64,000 nucleotides of DNA from Tubulanus polymorphus. Taxonomy: Eukaryota; Animalia; Nemertea. Positions 48,901 to 63,940 of this stretch are shown here, piece by piece (positions within the stretch are counted from its first letter, which is position 1; every line of letters begins with the position of its first letter). The DNA lies in contig NC_134026.1 in assembly GCF_964204645.1 (NCBI RefSeq), positions 21,424,150-21,488,149 of the forward strand. Reading direction: 5' to 3'. The notes beneath the pieces were generated by a model. That model was not told the DNA's origin. It saw only the letters and a program-made list of their open reading frames with translations, and ran no database searches. The translations under genes were made by a program, and so were the position numbers.

Positions 48901-51900
48901 TTGTTCATTTTGGTTTCCAGAGATTGAACCAAGTTCTTCAAATACCCCATTTGCACATGTTTCTTGTTCGTGTAAATTTACCATGGTTAATGCTTGGAAA
49001 CATGTTTCTGTTTCCTGTTTCCATGTTTCTCTCTCTATGCTGAGCGCGTAGGGCTTATTAGCTACCATAAATAGAATATTTCCCAAAACCAACATATCTC
49101 GCTGAATTTAGTGTAACAAAACTTAATGAGATTTTAGATGTTTTGCTTGTGAGGTTGTGTTTAGAATGAGTATGACAGTCAGTTAGATGGGTTGGTTCTG
49201 GGTAAATTCTTGTAAAATTCTTCAAATATTTATTTCAGGTTAGGGTTGGGTCTTGATTAATTTTTCACATTCGAGGATAATCCATGATTTTTTTTTAACC
49301 AAAAATTTGACAAAAAGTTATTGCTATTATTTTTCTAGACACTTGATTAAGGATTAATGACAAATCAACAAAGGTTTAATTAAAAAATTGTTTAACAAAT
49401 AAAAAGAAAACCAATACAGGGATGAATTTTAGATTAAGTAAGAAAAAGAGATAAGAAATAAGAGAAATTTCAATCAAAGATATGAATGAGGACAAATCAC
49501 CGAGAAAGATCAACGTTTTTCGACATATCTGAGACTTACATCCATTTTCTGGCTTTTTCGATTTTGCAACCATATCGAAACATCCGTTCAGATGTGCTAC
49601 ACGATTATTTACTAGTGAAACTACAACAGTGAAGAAAGATTTGAGCATACAGCTTCATACGATATAAACCGTGTACCGCATGTAGAAACAGTACAATGAC
49701 TTGCAAATGATGATGGTCGCAAATTATCTTTCTCTGTAGTTCCTGGTTAAATTTACGTTAAGTGTTGGGAATGAAGCCCATCAAAAGTAGTTTCAAGTAC
49801 ATTTTTTATGTACCTACATCACAAAGGACGCTGATAATCTAAATTTAGAGGAAGTCTGTACATAGCCTATGGCCTTGTTTATGATATATGATAAAACAGA
49901 CAGATTGCCAATTTTTTATTAAAAACATCTTGTACACCTGTTGTACTGTATTTGAAATTTGTCTAAGATTTGCCACGGCATAATTCATTCCAAATCATAA
50001 TATGCATATTTTGATTCGTTCTTTCTGATACTAGAAACGCCAATTCCATGAGGACTAACTAATTGGAATTTTTGGGATCCCAAGTTACAAGTTGTCTACA
50101 CAATTTAATGTCTACATAATGATTAGCATCCTGGTGAGTGCAAGCAGTGAACTTTCTTTACGTATATAAAGAATTCTCTGTCATACGGAAGATTTAAGAA
50201 AAAAATATGCGTGAATGAATACATAAGAAGCAATAGAACATTATTTGTACATGTAGAATATTGCTACACCTCTTAACACAGAATACATGTATATTTATGG
50301 TTTAGCAGCTCATATACAAATTATCAATCAATTGTGTTCAGTGTGATTTTCTACGCACAAAATCATAAAGGTTCTATAGTCTGATTATGAAAATACTGAT
50401 ATTAGTTTACTGTGTTCACGAAATACACATGTACGTTTACATTTATTAGTAGTACACGTATTCATAGCTTTTCGAAAGTACATCTTACATATCTTACCGG
50501 TGAAGAAAATCGAAAATGTACGATCGGTGATGTATGATTGGAAATAGAAACCGGGCCAAGATGAACGACTTAACGCTACAACCGTAATACTAATAATAAG
50601 CACATCTTCCGTAAAGGAATTCAAACCTGCCAGCTTCACGAGACTCAATCCCCAAGTACAAGCCTGTGCTGTAGTAATAAACCAGGTCAACAACTATAGT
50701 TTGGGCTTTCACTTTGCCCAAATCTCATGATACAGTCAGGTTTGAATACTTGCAAGTAAGGATGAATATTATTCAATAGGACTCTCCCTACCAACCATTG
50801 ACAACCAATCAATAGAAATTGATAAACAGTGCAGGTCACTGACAGAATATATATAGCCATACCCGATGATCATCTCTACTTAGTCTTATGAATGTGATTG
50901 GATTAATGTTTAAAGACGACGTACCTTTTTTGCGAGATTTTGACAATTGCGTCGTCATTTCATTGAATTCTTCGTCAAGCATATCGCTTTGTTGCTTTGC
51001 AAATCCTATGAACACCTATCAGATAGATATAAACAATTTCAAAATTTGGTAAAAAAGGCACACAAATCATCGAATATGCAAAATCTTGTATCGTATAGTG
51101 GACCTTGATTTCTTATTCTACAAACCTGATCCAGAGTTGTTTGGCTCACGCTATAGTCTTCGATGTGAAGATTTTTGCGATTCCGTTCGATGGCGCCAAA
51201 TATGTAGCTCAACGATATATTCGCCGCTGGTAAATGGTACTGTAACATGTTATGGTGTTCTTCTTTCAAAACGGCCGTTGGAAATCTGTCTTCCATGTAC
51301 GTGATCACTGGTTCAAGAGTAGGTGAATGTCCAGCTAGACGTAGGCTGATTGTGTAGCCATCGCCAAACCTAGAAAATGAACGATTTTTAAAATGTACAT
51401 GAATCGAAGAACCTAGAAATCGGCTCAACTCCATCGTTTGAAGGAAAAATCCTACGAGTAAAATAAAACTAGGCCCTGCACTTTATCTATTTGAAAGTTT
51501 TGACTCGGCCACACAAAAAAGTAAATAGTTAGATACAATGCTTTTTCAATCTCTTCCTGATTCTGAGGTTAGATGATTAGATTGACAACATGTATAGTGG
51601 AATGGAACTTATGAAGCCTATGTCTTACTTGTTTTTCAGATGCTGTGTGCTTCCTATGCACTTGAAATTACCATTAACCATTATCGCAAGTCTATTGCAA
51701 AGTGCTTCACATTCTTCCATACTAAAAAACGGTTTCAAAAAGTCATTTCCGAATCTATAAAATATGCTAACAAATCACTCAGAATGATTGAAAAATACCT
51801 GTGGGACGTAAGGATAACAGAGCGTCCCTCTTTCACCATTTTGATGATGCAATTCCACAAGAATCGTCTCGCTTTCGGATCCATCCCAGTAGTCGGTTCA

Positions 51901-54900
51901 TCCTTGAATGAAATGAATCAAGACATAAACATATAGATTTTGAAATGATAAACTCAACGAAATCAAATGATTTATCATAAACAATTTACCAAGAAAACAA
52001 TAGCCGGGTTTCCTATAAGGGCAATAGCTGTAGAAAGTTTCCTTTTGTTTCCACCTGAATAATCTCCAGCCAATTTATCAGCGTACTGCGTTAGTCCCAT
52101 CCTTTCAATTGCCCATTTTACCACCTACAACATAGTTTACACACACTTAATGACTGCCAAGTAACTGCAGTAAGTTGTATCCAAAAGATAATACCAGATA
52201 AGTTTTGTACCTTAGCACAGTCAGTTTCAGGCACACCTCGAAGGCAGGCATAGAAATAGAGATGTTGTCGTCCAGTCAGTAACGGAAACAATGCATCAAA
52301 CTGAGGACAATATCCAAGATTACGATGTACTTGGTTGAGATCGGAAAGTATACTGAAATGATATGATGTATCAAGCTAAGTTTATTTTGTTCTAAAACCA
52401 ACCTAAAGCATTTCAGCCCATTCTTAACAAGCTCCTGAGGTGAATTGTCATGTCCTCCTACCTGTGTCCTTGGACACTGGCATCACCACCAGTAACTGGA
52501 AGATCACCAGTTAACATTTTAAAAGTGGTCGTTTTGCCAGCACCGTTGATACCCAATAGACCAAAACATTGGCCCTTGGGGACACCCAAACACAGTCTAT
52601 CCACTGCCGTGTGCTTGCCTTTTCGTGTTGAATATACCTAAAAGAGGACAAAATCATGAGCACAAAACATTTTGATCGAAATCACTGAGCAGAATTAATT
52701 CAATAATCAAAATAACTTTGTATACCTTTGTTAGATTATCTAGAACCATGACATCATCTTTTGCTTCACCAGATAGAACTCTCTGTCGTTCTTTGGCAAC
52801 ATCATCGTCTTCATTAGGAATAATGTCACCACGAGACTGTCGCGTTTTTCTATTTGAAAATTTTAATTGAATGACTAATATTTAAATTCAATGGTTTTTC
52901 TCATAGTATTTCGCTATCAAGATTGATATTAGTTGCACAGCCAAGGCTTGGATGTAAGACTTGACATAACTTATTTTGTTCAATAGCCAATCTCCCAATT
53001 AGGACCATCTTAGTCCATTTTCAACTCAAGTCATGACTGCAACTGTGCAGCTGAATGAATCTTTAAACCAAAAAATACATGTAAGATTCGATTCGAAGAC
53101 TGTAATGTACGTTTTGATCTACATATACATTACATTCTTGTAAAATTCTTCGATTCTATGTAATTTCTACATTTCTACATAAAATTCTTTGAAGGCTTAT
53201 ACCACTTGAGCCTTTAAGAATTTGAAATAAGTTACTGGTATTAATTAGTATGCGAGTCCATCATACCTTTTGAAACAGTAGCAATTGTGTTCAATCATTA
53301 ATGTGATCACGAAGAAAACAACTCCTTGAAGGAATAAACAAAACATGTTCTTGCCAACTTCATCCCACTCAAACTGGTTCACAAAACTTTCTTCACCTAG
53401 AAGAATATGATGAAAAATCATGAGAAATATGATGAAAAATCATGAGACTTGAAGGATCTGATCTCCTAAAGATAAGACCTCAATTTCATTCCAAAGCCAA
53501 TTCAGAGTATTCTTATAACTCAGACCCATTTGGGGATTTCAATCACACATCTGCAACCAGGTCCATAGCTCTAGCCCCACTTTATCCAAATAAAGAGTTT
53601 ATATATCAAAGTTTGACTACAGCTTCCTTACCGAATCGAGCGAGTGTATCAGAGAAAACTTGATTACGAGCCATGTCAACTAGTCCTCGACCAAGACAAT
53701 ACTGAGGTAAGACCAGGAATACTTTCTTCAGTATATCATTTATCCTAGTCAGCCCCTGAAATAGAATCGTAAAATATCTCTTCATTGTGCCTTTCGTTTT
53801 TAATGCATATGCATGCTTTTATACCATTACTTTTAGCTATGATTCCTGATTATTCATGCATGTGTATGCTACATGAACTGACCTTATCATCCCAGAAAAG
53901 TTCGAGAATGAACGTCGATAGAGTAGATGTTATACCGAGGAACAGGTTCAGACATGATAAAGACACGAATGCCGTACTGGGAATGTTAAATATGAAACTC
54001 GTCGGGTACATCATCGCAATACAGGCCCAGCTGAAATATATAGCACATACGACAATTTGATTCGGATCATTCTCCATAGTTTAAAGTACAAGTTCTATTT
54101 ACACCATATTCACTATGATTAAGCTACAATAAGAAGTACACCCCACCACATTTTCATACATTCTCAGATTTTCAATCACTTACCCATAAAGAATAAGTAA
54201 ACAGATCAAAACAGGAGCATTAGCAGGCGATACGTATGCTTTATTTTGAAATCCAACGAAAATGATGACACAGATGAACGCTGGGACAAGATAGTTTACC
54301 TGGAAAAAGTGAATGTAGTATAAACGTACCATTTTTCAGCTACATCCTAGAGGTGATGAATTGCAGAGAAAACTAGTATCAACTTAAAGAGTGGAATTGA
54401 TATCAATTAGTACAACCAAAAACCAAAGAAAATTGAATTCATATTTAGTTAGTATTACCGGTAGACATACTTTCATGTTTCTTTTACAACACTTACGATA
54501 TCCCAGGTATATGTAGCCACCCAGTAGACATAGCGATTCACTCCGCTGACAAACTGAAGATGTTTCGAATTCGAAACGCGTTCATCGATGAGGAACATAA
54601 CGAAACTCGCCGGCACGAACGCCATGGCGAAGATTACGCAAATAGATATCAGAAAATCAATCACAGTAGACATTCTGAAAGAAAAAAAAAATCAGTTCAA
54701 ATCCACATTCAAGAAGCAAGTGAAACTAGTACATAGAAAATATGTTCTTTTTACTCTCATTTCAAAAACCTTTCCTTTATTTTGCCTTTAAGAGGTTTTC
54801 AATGTCTTTCTTTGAAGTGAACTTACTAGCAGCCACTTATTTATCATGACTCCAATTTTTTTATACATGCTTATGTAGATGGTAAATATGTATTAATTGC

Positions 54901-57900
54901 ACAAGATTGAATGATGACTTACTCAGCCTCGAATGATAGTTGATACTCGGTGTAGTTCATGGGATGATTCACAGCCGTTATTCCAAATTTATTCGGATCA
55001 CTGGTGTTCGGCAACAAAGCACGTAACATTGCGTTGTTCATTATATTCATGTACGCCACCGAAGCCACATAACCTTTATTGTTGAACCAAATCTGAATTG
55101 AAGATGATGAAGTATTTTCCAGATGAAAATTACATACGAATAGTGTATGCACACATGAAAACTGAGCTTTAGAAGTTTTGCGTGAAAAATTTATTTTCAT
55201 TTGTTAAATGATAACAAACCTTGGCAATATCTCGGACTTCAAGTCCTTCGATAACTTCATCAACCATATCCCAGACGTTATCATCACTTTCTGAACGGTT
55301 CATAACGCTTTTACCGCCATTGGCTGCGGTAGAAATGCGCTTCAAACGATCGTACAGCGTACTACTATTCAGCTTGACGATGTCATTAAATTCCCCGAAC
55401 GATACACCACCAAACCTGAACCAAAGTAAATAGAAATATAAGTCGTCGGTTATTTCTTCGTTATCAACCACGAAGTGATTTCATATCAACGACCACATAC
55501 CGTTTGCCACGAAATAGAGCATTAGTTTTCACCAACCAATCGGATATGTTTCGACCGGTCATGTTGTACATGTAGTCGCCAGTTGGCATAAGTCTTTTCG
55601 GGGCTTCAGGTCCCCCAGCTCCCGCTGGACACTGCGGGAATCCAGTTTCGCAAGAACATTCTGGTGATTCAACTGTTTCATTAAGACTGTGCATGATTCG
55701 TCCATCACTCCATTTCGTAGTCTTGTACTGGTTTTTGTTTTGTAGACAGGTGTAACCACTGTAACGAAAACATTATAATGAAAACATATAGGATTGATCA
55801 AAGGTTTGGAATTGCTTTGTCTACAGAACTTTTAACGGTACCTTAGTTGGCCAGCTGGTTCAGTGCATCGAGTGCCAATTCCATTAAATGATAAAAGAGA
55901 TTTCTGATACGCCTCTGTCCTCCAATAGCCTGGATGGTCGTTACTGTAAAGTTAAACAAATTTGTTTCAAATTTTGTGTCCGACAACTACTTCTGATAAC
56001 AAGTATTCCTTTTTACTCAGTGTACCTGAAAAACATATTAAGATGGTCAACTTTGGTTTGGGTCTGCATGTGCCAGGGGTGAATTTCCATCGGAGGCAAC
56101 TCAGAGAATGGAGGTACAATCTGAGCAAATATCATAGCCAGCAAAACGAAGAAAGCAGGTAAAATGATCTGAAAACAACGACAAAATCAATGTAAATAAA
56201 AATTGTTCTGGACCCAGTTCCCCGAAGATTAGAGTAAGATAAAACTCAAGAGAATTTAGATTTGTTCTTGCTGAAATATCTCGATTCAGAATAGCTAACG
56301 GTAGTTGATTTTCGATCGTTTAATTTACCTCAGCCACAAATCCTTTCTTGCTGCGACGAGTATGGTGGAATCTTTTCAAAAACAGAGCTCTAAACTGACG
56401 TCCGAGCAACTGATATCCGCTTACTTTCGTCGTTCCTTCGCCATGGCAGTCTTCGTTCTCAATCGATAAAGACGTGACAGAATCTGGGGGTATCAATGGT
56501 AAACCTTTTTAAACCAACATAAATGGTGCAGATTTTGCGGCATTAAAAGACAAATAAGAGATTATCTAGTGCGAAAAAACTTAATATAAATGTGCATCAT
56601 ACAGAAAAACTTATGTGTAGGAAACGCGTTAAAAAAATTATCGACACATATCACACATCAGCACAACAAATGGTACCTTTATTCTTTCCATTTGTGTTAT
56701 CTTTTAGTTTATTTGCTGAGGGAAACAAATATTAACCACATCAGTATGACCACAATATCGTTTAATCATTCATATTGAATCATTCACAGGTTGACTGAGC
56801 AATTTATTATAATCGATATTTCAATACAAGATAACCGTGATCATTAAGATGTTTTGACTGCATATAGCATACTACATAATGTTCTGACTACTTTTTAATT
56901 TTATAACTGCGTATCTTGGTATTGTGATTTGTATTATTCATTTACCAGGATATTGCCTCAAATCTAATTATAGTTCATTATAATAATTCTTACCAGTATC
57001 CTCTTCGTCTAACAATTGCAAGTTTTTCTCACTGCCGAATCGCATGCCTTGAATGCGCCCTAAAACCCGACTACGGAAACTTCGCCTCGTTACGGGTTGA
57101 GGGAACTTTCCACCTGAAAAAAATTTCAAACATGCTGGACAAATGAAACAGTTTCATCTCAATCTCCAAATATGTCAAGCAATCATGTTATATAGAAATG
57201 CAGATTGTGTGACGTAGGGGGTCGCATGGTTTTTTGTAGAGGGCATTATGTGCCTATTCGAGTGAAATAAAAGCTATGTGTTTAAATCGGATTCGATCGT
57301 TTATTTGGTAAGGGTTTAATCCACTCGATACTCGATACCAAAACAAAAGAGAGAGGAGACCATCAAAAAATAAATACCATCAGTCAGATTTTCAACAAAT
57401 TCTTGTTTATCATCATCCATTCCAACTTCCACCTCGTCAGCTACTTTCAGGAATACCTAGTTTTAGATGCAGTAATGTTAAGGTGGAAATGCTTCAAAAT
57501 TCAATAAGGGAACAGAAAACCAGAAAATTCTGATCTTTGAAGTTAAGACACAATTTCAGTTTGATGCTGAAGTGAACTTTAGTTACATTTAGTAAATCTA
57601 TTCGGTCTGAGTATGGTAAAAAGAAGTCTTGTTTGAAATGAGTTCTACTAGCATTGTAGAAATGAGTAACGTATATATCAGTTTTTGTATAAAGCAGCAA
57701 AGATCGACCACACGCGCCCTATCAATTCATTTAAATTCTTTACCTCTTCAAGTGTTGTGTCGGAAATTCCATAGCTCGATAATCCCAGAACATCGAGATT
57801 GTCGTCGAGATCCTGAAACAACTGTTCGAAAGCGGACGTCGACTGGCCGTCGTCGGGCAACTGATAACACAATTCCATTCCGTGATTCTCGACGATCTGT

Positions 57901-60900
57901 GCTTGCGGGACGTAGCGTTTGATGAACGAAGTGATATTAACATCGTCCTCGACCGATCCTTCAGCTCTGTTATCTGAATGTTATAACGCACGTATTTCAA
58001 GTCCTTTCTAACAAACTGATATTCAACAACTAATGGAGAGAAAATAAGGATTCAATTTCTATGATTTTTACCTGGTTTCACGTCATCGATGTCACCTCCA
58101 GTTTCAAACTGAAAAGTATAAAATACAGTTTTGAGGCTCAAAAACCTAAAGGTACCAGTATATGTACGTAAGTGCTATATTGAAATACCTTCACATCAGA
58201 GACTGTACGATCGCTACGAGCACTCATCGGTCGCGTCGGGTCGGAATTGTAGAATTCATTCTTAACCAAGGTCAAATAATATCCATTGCCGTACTGTCCC
58301 TTCAGGAACAAACTCGATCCGCAACAGCATAATTTACCCTGAGATATGATAGCGATTCTGTCACCGAGTATATCTGCTTCGTCCATGTGATGGGTTGACA
58401 GGATGATTGTACGACCTGTAAACGAAAGGATACGCTGTGAAGAAGCTTGAGGAAATTTCTTAAAACCTAAGCGAAGATGACTTTATTAAGAAGTTCAGAT
58501 AAACATCAGGATTACCACGGTAAGTTATAACTAATTTCGAAAACTGGGCCACTGCCCATCATAATCATAGAATACCAAATATTTTATGGTACTCACCTTT
58601 ACGATATTTCAGTAAGAGATCCCATATTGTACGTCGTGCATAAGGATCAACTCCAGCCGTTGGCTCATCCAGGATAACGCATTTTGATCCAGCAACAAAC
58701 GCTATCGCCACCGACAGTTTTCTTTTCATTCCACCAGAAAGCGTTCTACTTTGAGCGTTCTTTTTATGGGGTAATCCGATATCTTTAATCATCTGTTCCC
58801 TTTCTTCGTTTAGCTTTTCGTTCTTTCCCTCTTTCAAACGCGCGTAGAACCATAAGTGTTCATCTACGGTCAAGCTACGAATATACCGTACATCAGAAAC
58901 ATTACTATCTAGGTCAAGGAAAGCGTTATTGCCTTCAGTTCATTTTAATTCTAAATTTATGTTAAAATGTTCTCAAGCGTGAGTACCATACCGGGTATTA
59001 GTAATAACCCTTAAAGCACTATAGCACTATACCCACTATACAATGCACTGAGGTGAAACATTCAAATAATGAATAATAACAATCAAAGTTATCCCTAGGG
59101 ATAACTCCTACATCTGGGTAACAACCACCATAGTGACAATGAGAAACCATGGTTGTAACTGGTAGATTTCAAAATATTTTGCTTCCATATCTATGAAACC
59201 CAGTCCAAAACTTCAGGAAAAGAATTTGTCAGCACTAAATGGGTTAAGAGGCTAAGAACCTATTTTTCACTCACAAATCAAATAAGACATTGTACTGAGG
59301 ACACATCCCTAGGCTTCTACGAATATCAGACATCTCATGGCGAATATCTTTTCCGTAGATCATTGCCGTACCACTCGTAGGCGGAAACAACCCTGTCAGT
59401 ATTGACCTAAAAATTTACAAAATACAGATCAAGACTAATTCATCGTCAATGATTGATTGCACATCGCCGGTCTTTAACCTACATAGTAGTTGTCTTGCCA
59501 GCGCCGTTATGACCGAGGAAAGAGGTGATTTGGTCTTCGTAGAAGTTTATGGTTAAACCATCCACGGCTGTTTTCTTTCCTCTCGAGTAAACTTTCTTCA
59601 GGTTTCGGATAGACAATCCAACTGGAAAATTACTCGGCTCTGACTCAAATTTATCCGGATCTGAAATTCAAAATAAAGGATTCATATATTTCTGCTTTTA
59701 ATTTTTTTCTTGTATTTTTCTTCATTTCATTGATTTCAATAGTACCTCGCGCTCGATTTCCAAGTTCCAAAGAACTATCATCATTACTACTAGTAAACCC
59801 GCACCAGTAAGTTTTGGTAAATGGGAAATACCATGGTCTAGGCAATCCATATTGCCCTGGAAGTTGAAACCAAGAAAAACATGAGCTAATAACAGACAGG
59901 TTAAATATTTGAGGAAAACCGATTTTCATGAAGTACATGATCTTACAGTACTGACAAAAGAAATCCAGTTTTCCATGACAAAATCATAATATTTAGACCT
60001 ATGTAAGTCCTGTGCAATTAACTCATACGGACCTGGAATGACATTTTCTAAATACCACGTCAGAAAACCATAGATAAACGCGTCGATTAACATCATCAAA
60101 ATTGTCGTTCCGAAGTTGAACGTATCGTCCAGTATCGTACTGGAAGCGATATTACTCCACTGTACACCGACGCCTTGCTGTTCGTAATTCGCGATATAAT
60201 TTGCACCGATTCCAAACGCGACGTTCGACAGAAGACACTGCAATATAATATCGAAAGATATCATAGTAATAATCTTTAGAAGTACAGTAGAGTCCGCCCA
60301 AATCAGATCCGATCAAATGTTTTTAGAAGTATTTTTTGTGAAACTAAATATGAAATACATAACATCCAACTCTCGGATATCACTCAAGTCGGACACATTT
60401 TAACGGTCCAACAGATCCGACTTGATCCATCTATTGTAGTATCAATCTCATCAGAAATGAACATATTGAACTCACTGCTGAAGCCTTTTGACCACCAGTC
60501 ATTTGTTCCTCGAATCTCTGGATCATCGGGTACGGCAAATAAAAGCAGAAGAATATGATGCCGCCGCATGCCGCGGCGATGTTCGCCTTGGAAAATAATG
60601 TACTGATGAGGAAACACTGCATAATCGTCGCTATCGTGAACGCCGTCATGAATAAGAATAAAACACCGCTGTTCGTGTGGCGTATGACCTTTCCAAACTG
60701 TAACAATATTGAAATCATCTATCATTATCACAGTGAAGCAGTGTGGGTGAGTAGTTAGAGCATTCGAATTTGGGATACCACGGTAATTCAAACCCTGTAT
60801 GGTAACATAGTATCCCCAGGTGACATGCTTATCCTCATCACTTTTTTCTACCCAAGAGCAAATAGGTACCTGGCCTGATGGATGACTCCTGATAACCCCT

Positions 60901-63900
60901 GACAGCTAGTGTCAACAGCTAGTACCGGGTATTAGCTTGGATCTTACTTCTTCCCCTGGAGAGATGACAGATACATGAACTGACATAATAAACTGGGGGT
61001 AATTGTACCAATGTATAAGTGTACCTGACTGAATTCTTTGTTGATGTATAATGATACGGTTTTTCATTGATTGAGAATTAAAAACCCTTAATCTTGGTAA
61101 TGATACAATCAAAATACAATATGAAACAGATGTAAAATTTACTCATTTCACTCACTGATAAAGAGCCAAGAACTAAGAGCTTTAATAATGGCACTGCGAT
61201 ATGGGAAACTGAGTTATCTTAAATGATTATTGTTCCTGAAGACTGTAATAAAACATGGTTGAAATAATTATCGCAAGCATAATACGTACTTTGAGAACAG
61301 CAATGAGTATGACGACCGAAATCATCATCATCAAGAAACACGTGATGAACCACGCAACCCAGTGAACCGCGTTATCTAAACCCATCATTTTCATCACCTC
61401 CTTCAAACGTTTTTCTTTCTCGTAAACGATACCTTTAATGATCATCGCCACCGTGTATATCCACGCCAGTATCATGAACAGTGGAAAACTACTGGATATA
61501 GCTCGGATGAACCTGCGAATAGATTTTTAAAATTCCAAGCATGATGTCGAATATGTTGTGCAGTTTTTTAAAAATGAATGTTGTATTGAAGGCACACCCT
61601 TCAACAGTGCAACAAGCGCCGGTGTAGGATTTCATTATCTAGGGCAATCCTCTAGCTGAAGATAACCCCCATCAGCTAGGATAATGAATTGGTAAGATTT
61701 GTCTATTGTAAAATTAATAACAGGAAAGCTATCACAGCAATGCCAGTATAGCTAAGGCCAAAGGGGCTTTTTAACCATTTTTCGAAGCAGCATTAGTCTA
61801 CTAACCCTGCAATAACGAGAATGTATATACATATAAAGAATGTGAGACTTTCTTGTATTGAGTGTTTAATTAGAATGTGACCCGATAATTAAATCAGTGT
61901 GTGATAATCCCTGTTTCCTTTATATTTTAGATTTCGCAGGAGGTATTTTCTGAAATTTTTTACAAGCACTTGGATAAACTACCACTGCTTCGTATGGACC
62001 TTACAAACTCAGTTTCATTGGAGTGAAAAGTCCGTCCAAACTCGCTTTTGATTCTATCAGAAAAAAAAAAACACTTACTCATCAAAGAGGTAACACGGAT
62101 ATGGGAATTGTTGCATGACTATACCGGTCGTATCTTCTACATCAGTGTGTGTTTTGATGATCGCGTGTTCGATCATGTCTTGTAGATAGCCGAATCCAAA
62201 CGAGAGATATTTCATATCGGTAGCCGGCCGCCGCCGTGGTCCCGGTGACCATGATCTACAACCAAACAAGCAATTCAGTTATTCTGTTCACTTTTCGAGA
62301 TACTAACCCTTTCAGTGCCGACTAATACCCGAAAGTGCTGGAGATAATTTGAATATTTTCGAAAGATTCCACCCCAGTGTTACTAATATATCACCATGTT
62401 TGACAGGTACTGCCATCTTTTGACATCGATAATAACTAATTACTAATAAGCAAATCAATGGTAAACTCAATACACAGCAATATGGTGTACTATCAAAGTC
62501 AAACACCGATGCATACACCGCACTACGGTGTAGATACACTGAAAGGGCCAAACGAAGATTTTTCTGAGGAAGTCTGGCTCTATGCATACCTATCGATTAC
62601 TTTGAATCTCTTCGTGCTGTCAACTTTGTCAGAATCCATCCGGATCTTATATCTGACATTTGACGGTACAGTATTGTTATCGGTTCCGGACAAATCGAAT
62701 ACCAACCCTGCAATAGAAAGACATACATACAGAATTAGACAATTTGTCGATCAAAAAAATACAAGAAAGTCATAAATTTACGTACCTCCCCACAAAGTCA
62801 GATTTTCCATGTATTTTAAACCATCGATGACAAGAGTGTCTTCATCAGCTTTCGGTTCAAATTTATTCACTTCGAAACACTGAAAATTGACAACAATAAA
62901 TTATATTATTCAAGAACATCTTGAAACATAGGCATCAGAGTCATCAACTGGTCTTTTAATAGGCCATAGAACCAACAGAATTCTCTCGAATATATCAATA
63001 GAACCAGAAAAGTGATTGATGACGAAGATATTTCTATTCTATTCTAATCAATTACCTTTAACAAATTGTAAACTTGAAGCATAAATCTATCTGTGTACTC
63101 CAGCGACGTTCTCCAGTCATATCTGCCTTTAATACGTGGTCCATTATACAACCATTGGCTGTAGGTGTTACAAACTCGCATGACTCTCTTAGTTACGCGA
63201 TTTTGACTGAAGGTTCGTCCATTCATCTGTTTACCCTCTTTACAATACGCCAATAACGTCTAAATTGTAAATCACATTTCGAAAAACGTAAATCAAGAAA
63301 AATCATTTCAAATGATAATAATCAAATATCAGCTTTTGTTGCTTACCCTTGCTTCGTCCACATTTTTGTTTTCACTGAAGTATTTATACAATTTCGGCGA
63401 GTAGTCCAACCAATCTTTTGCTAAAGTACGTATTCTCGCAATTTCTTGGAAGGTAAAGTTTGCCTTAAGGTGTATAAAAGATCAACAGTTCAGACGCGAC
63501 GATGTTAATTCAAGAGAGTCTTCTCATAACTTGAAAGAAGTTCGCATTACGAAAAACTTCGAATACATCTTCTTACCTTTTCAACGATTTGCCTGGTAGC
63601 TGGAGTATCAGGGGTGTACGGTATCCTACCAAGTACGAATGGCTTCAGTTGTCTCCAAAGCAGACGAGTGCTTCTCTGAGCTTCCAAAGCCTCTTGCAAA
63701 TCATGACACGTGAAATCTGTAACCAATATGAATCGAATTAATTGCAGGGCTCATTCACTGACACTTACTACAGCAAACCTCACCTTTGGACATGGCCAAC
63801 CCAGACTTATTGAGCAACTTGGAGAAAAATGAAATCATTTTGTGACTTCTGAATGTCTTCTTAACTTGGACTTCACTTATCTCGTACCAAGTTTGCCGGT

Positions 63901-63940
63901 TCCTGTTTGTACGAGTTAGGTGAGGTTTACCACAGTGGAA
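45969..63940 (-). CDS. ABCA1: ABCA1-like (ABCA1/4/7 group) full lipid transporter, 5' end outside the window
   Basis: ECD1 [21 protein letters not shown] and [14 protein letters not shown]; [21 protein letters not shown]1 [36 protein letters not shown]; IWFNNKGY; NBD2 [39 protein letters not shown]; [19 protein letters not shown]. The last two exons (46974-46885, 46252-45969) are inferred from phase only. Confidence 0.93.
47210..47512. mobile_element. Decayed copy of the AGCCGCGATCACACG-TIR MITE
   Basis: agctgcgataacaca..cgtgtgatcgcggct. Confidence 0.55.
59005..59247. mobile_element. piggyBac-like MITE remnant
   Basis: taaccc..gggttaa ends. Confidence 0.4.
60734..61010 (+). mobile_element. 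Second, more diverged copy of the Nin/Deu-like tRNA SINE
   Basis: Colinear with the reverse complement of 21910-22158 (gtgtggg..gttagagcattcga, cttatcctcat, ggtacctggcctgat, gagagatgac, ctgggggt). Confidence 0.7.
62307..62547. mobile_element. piggyBac-like MITE
   Basis: TIR ccctttcagtg..cactgaaaggg, with decayed TTAA flanks (ctaa/ccaa). Confidence 0.55.
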
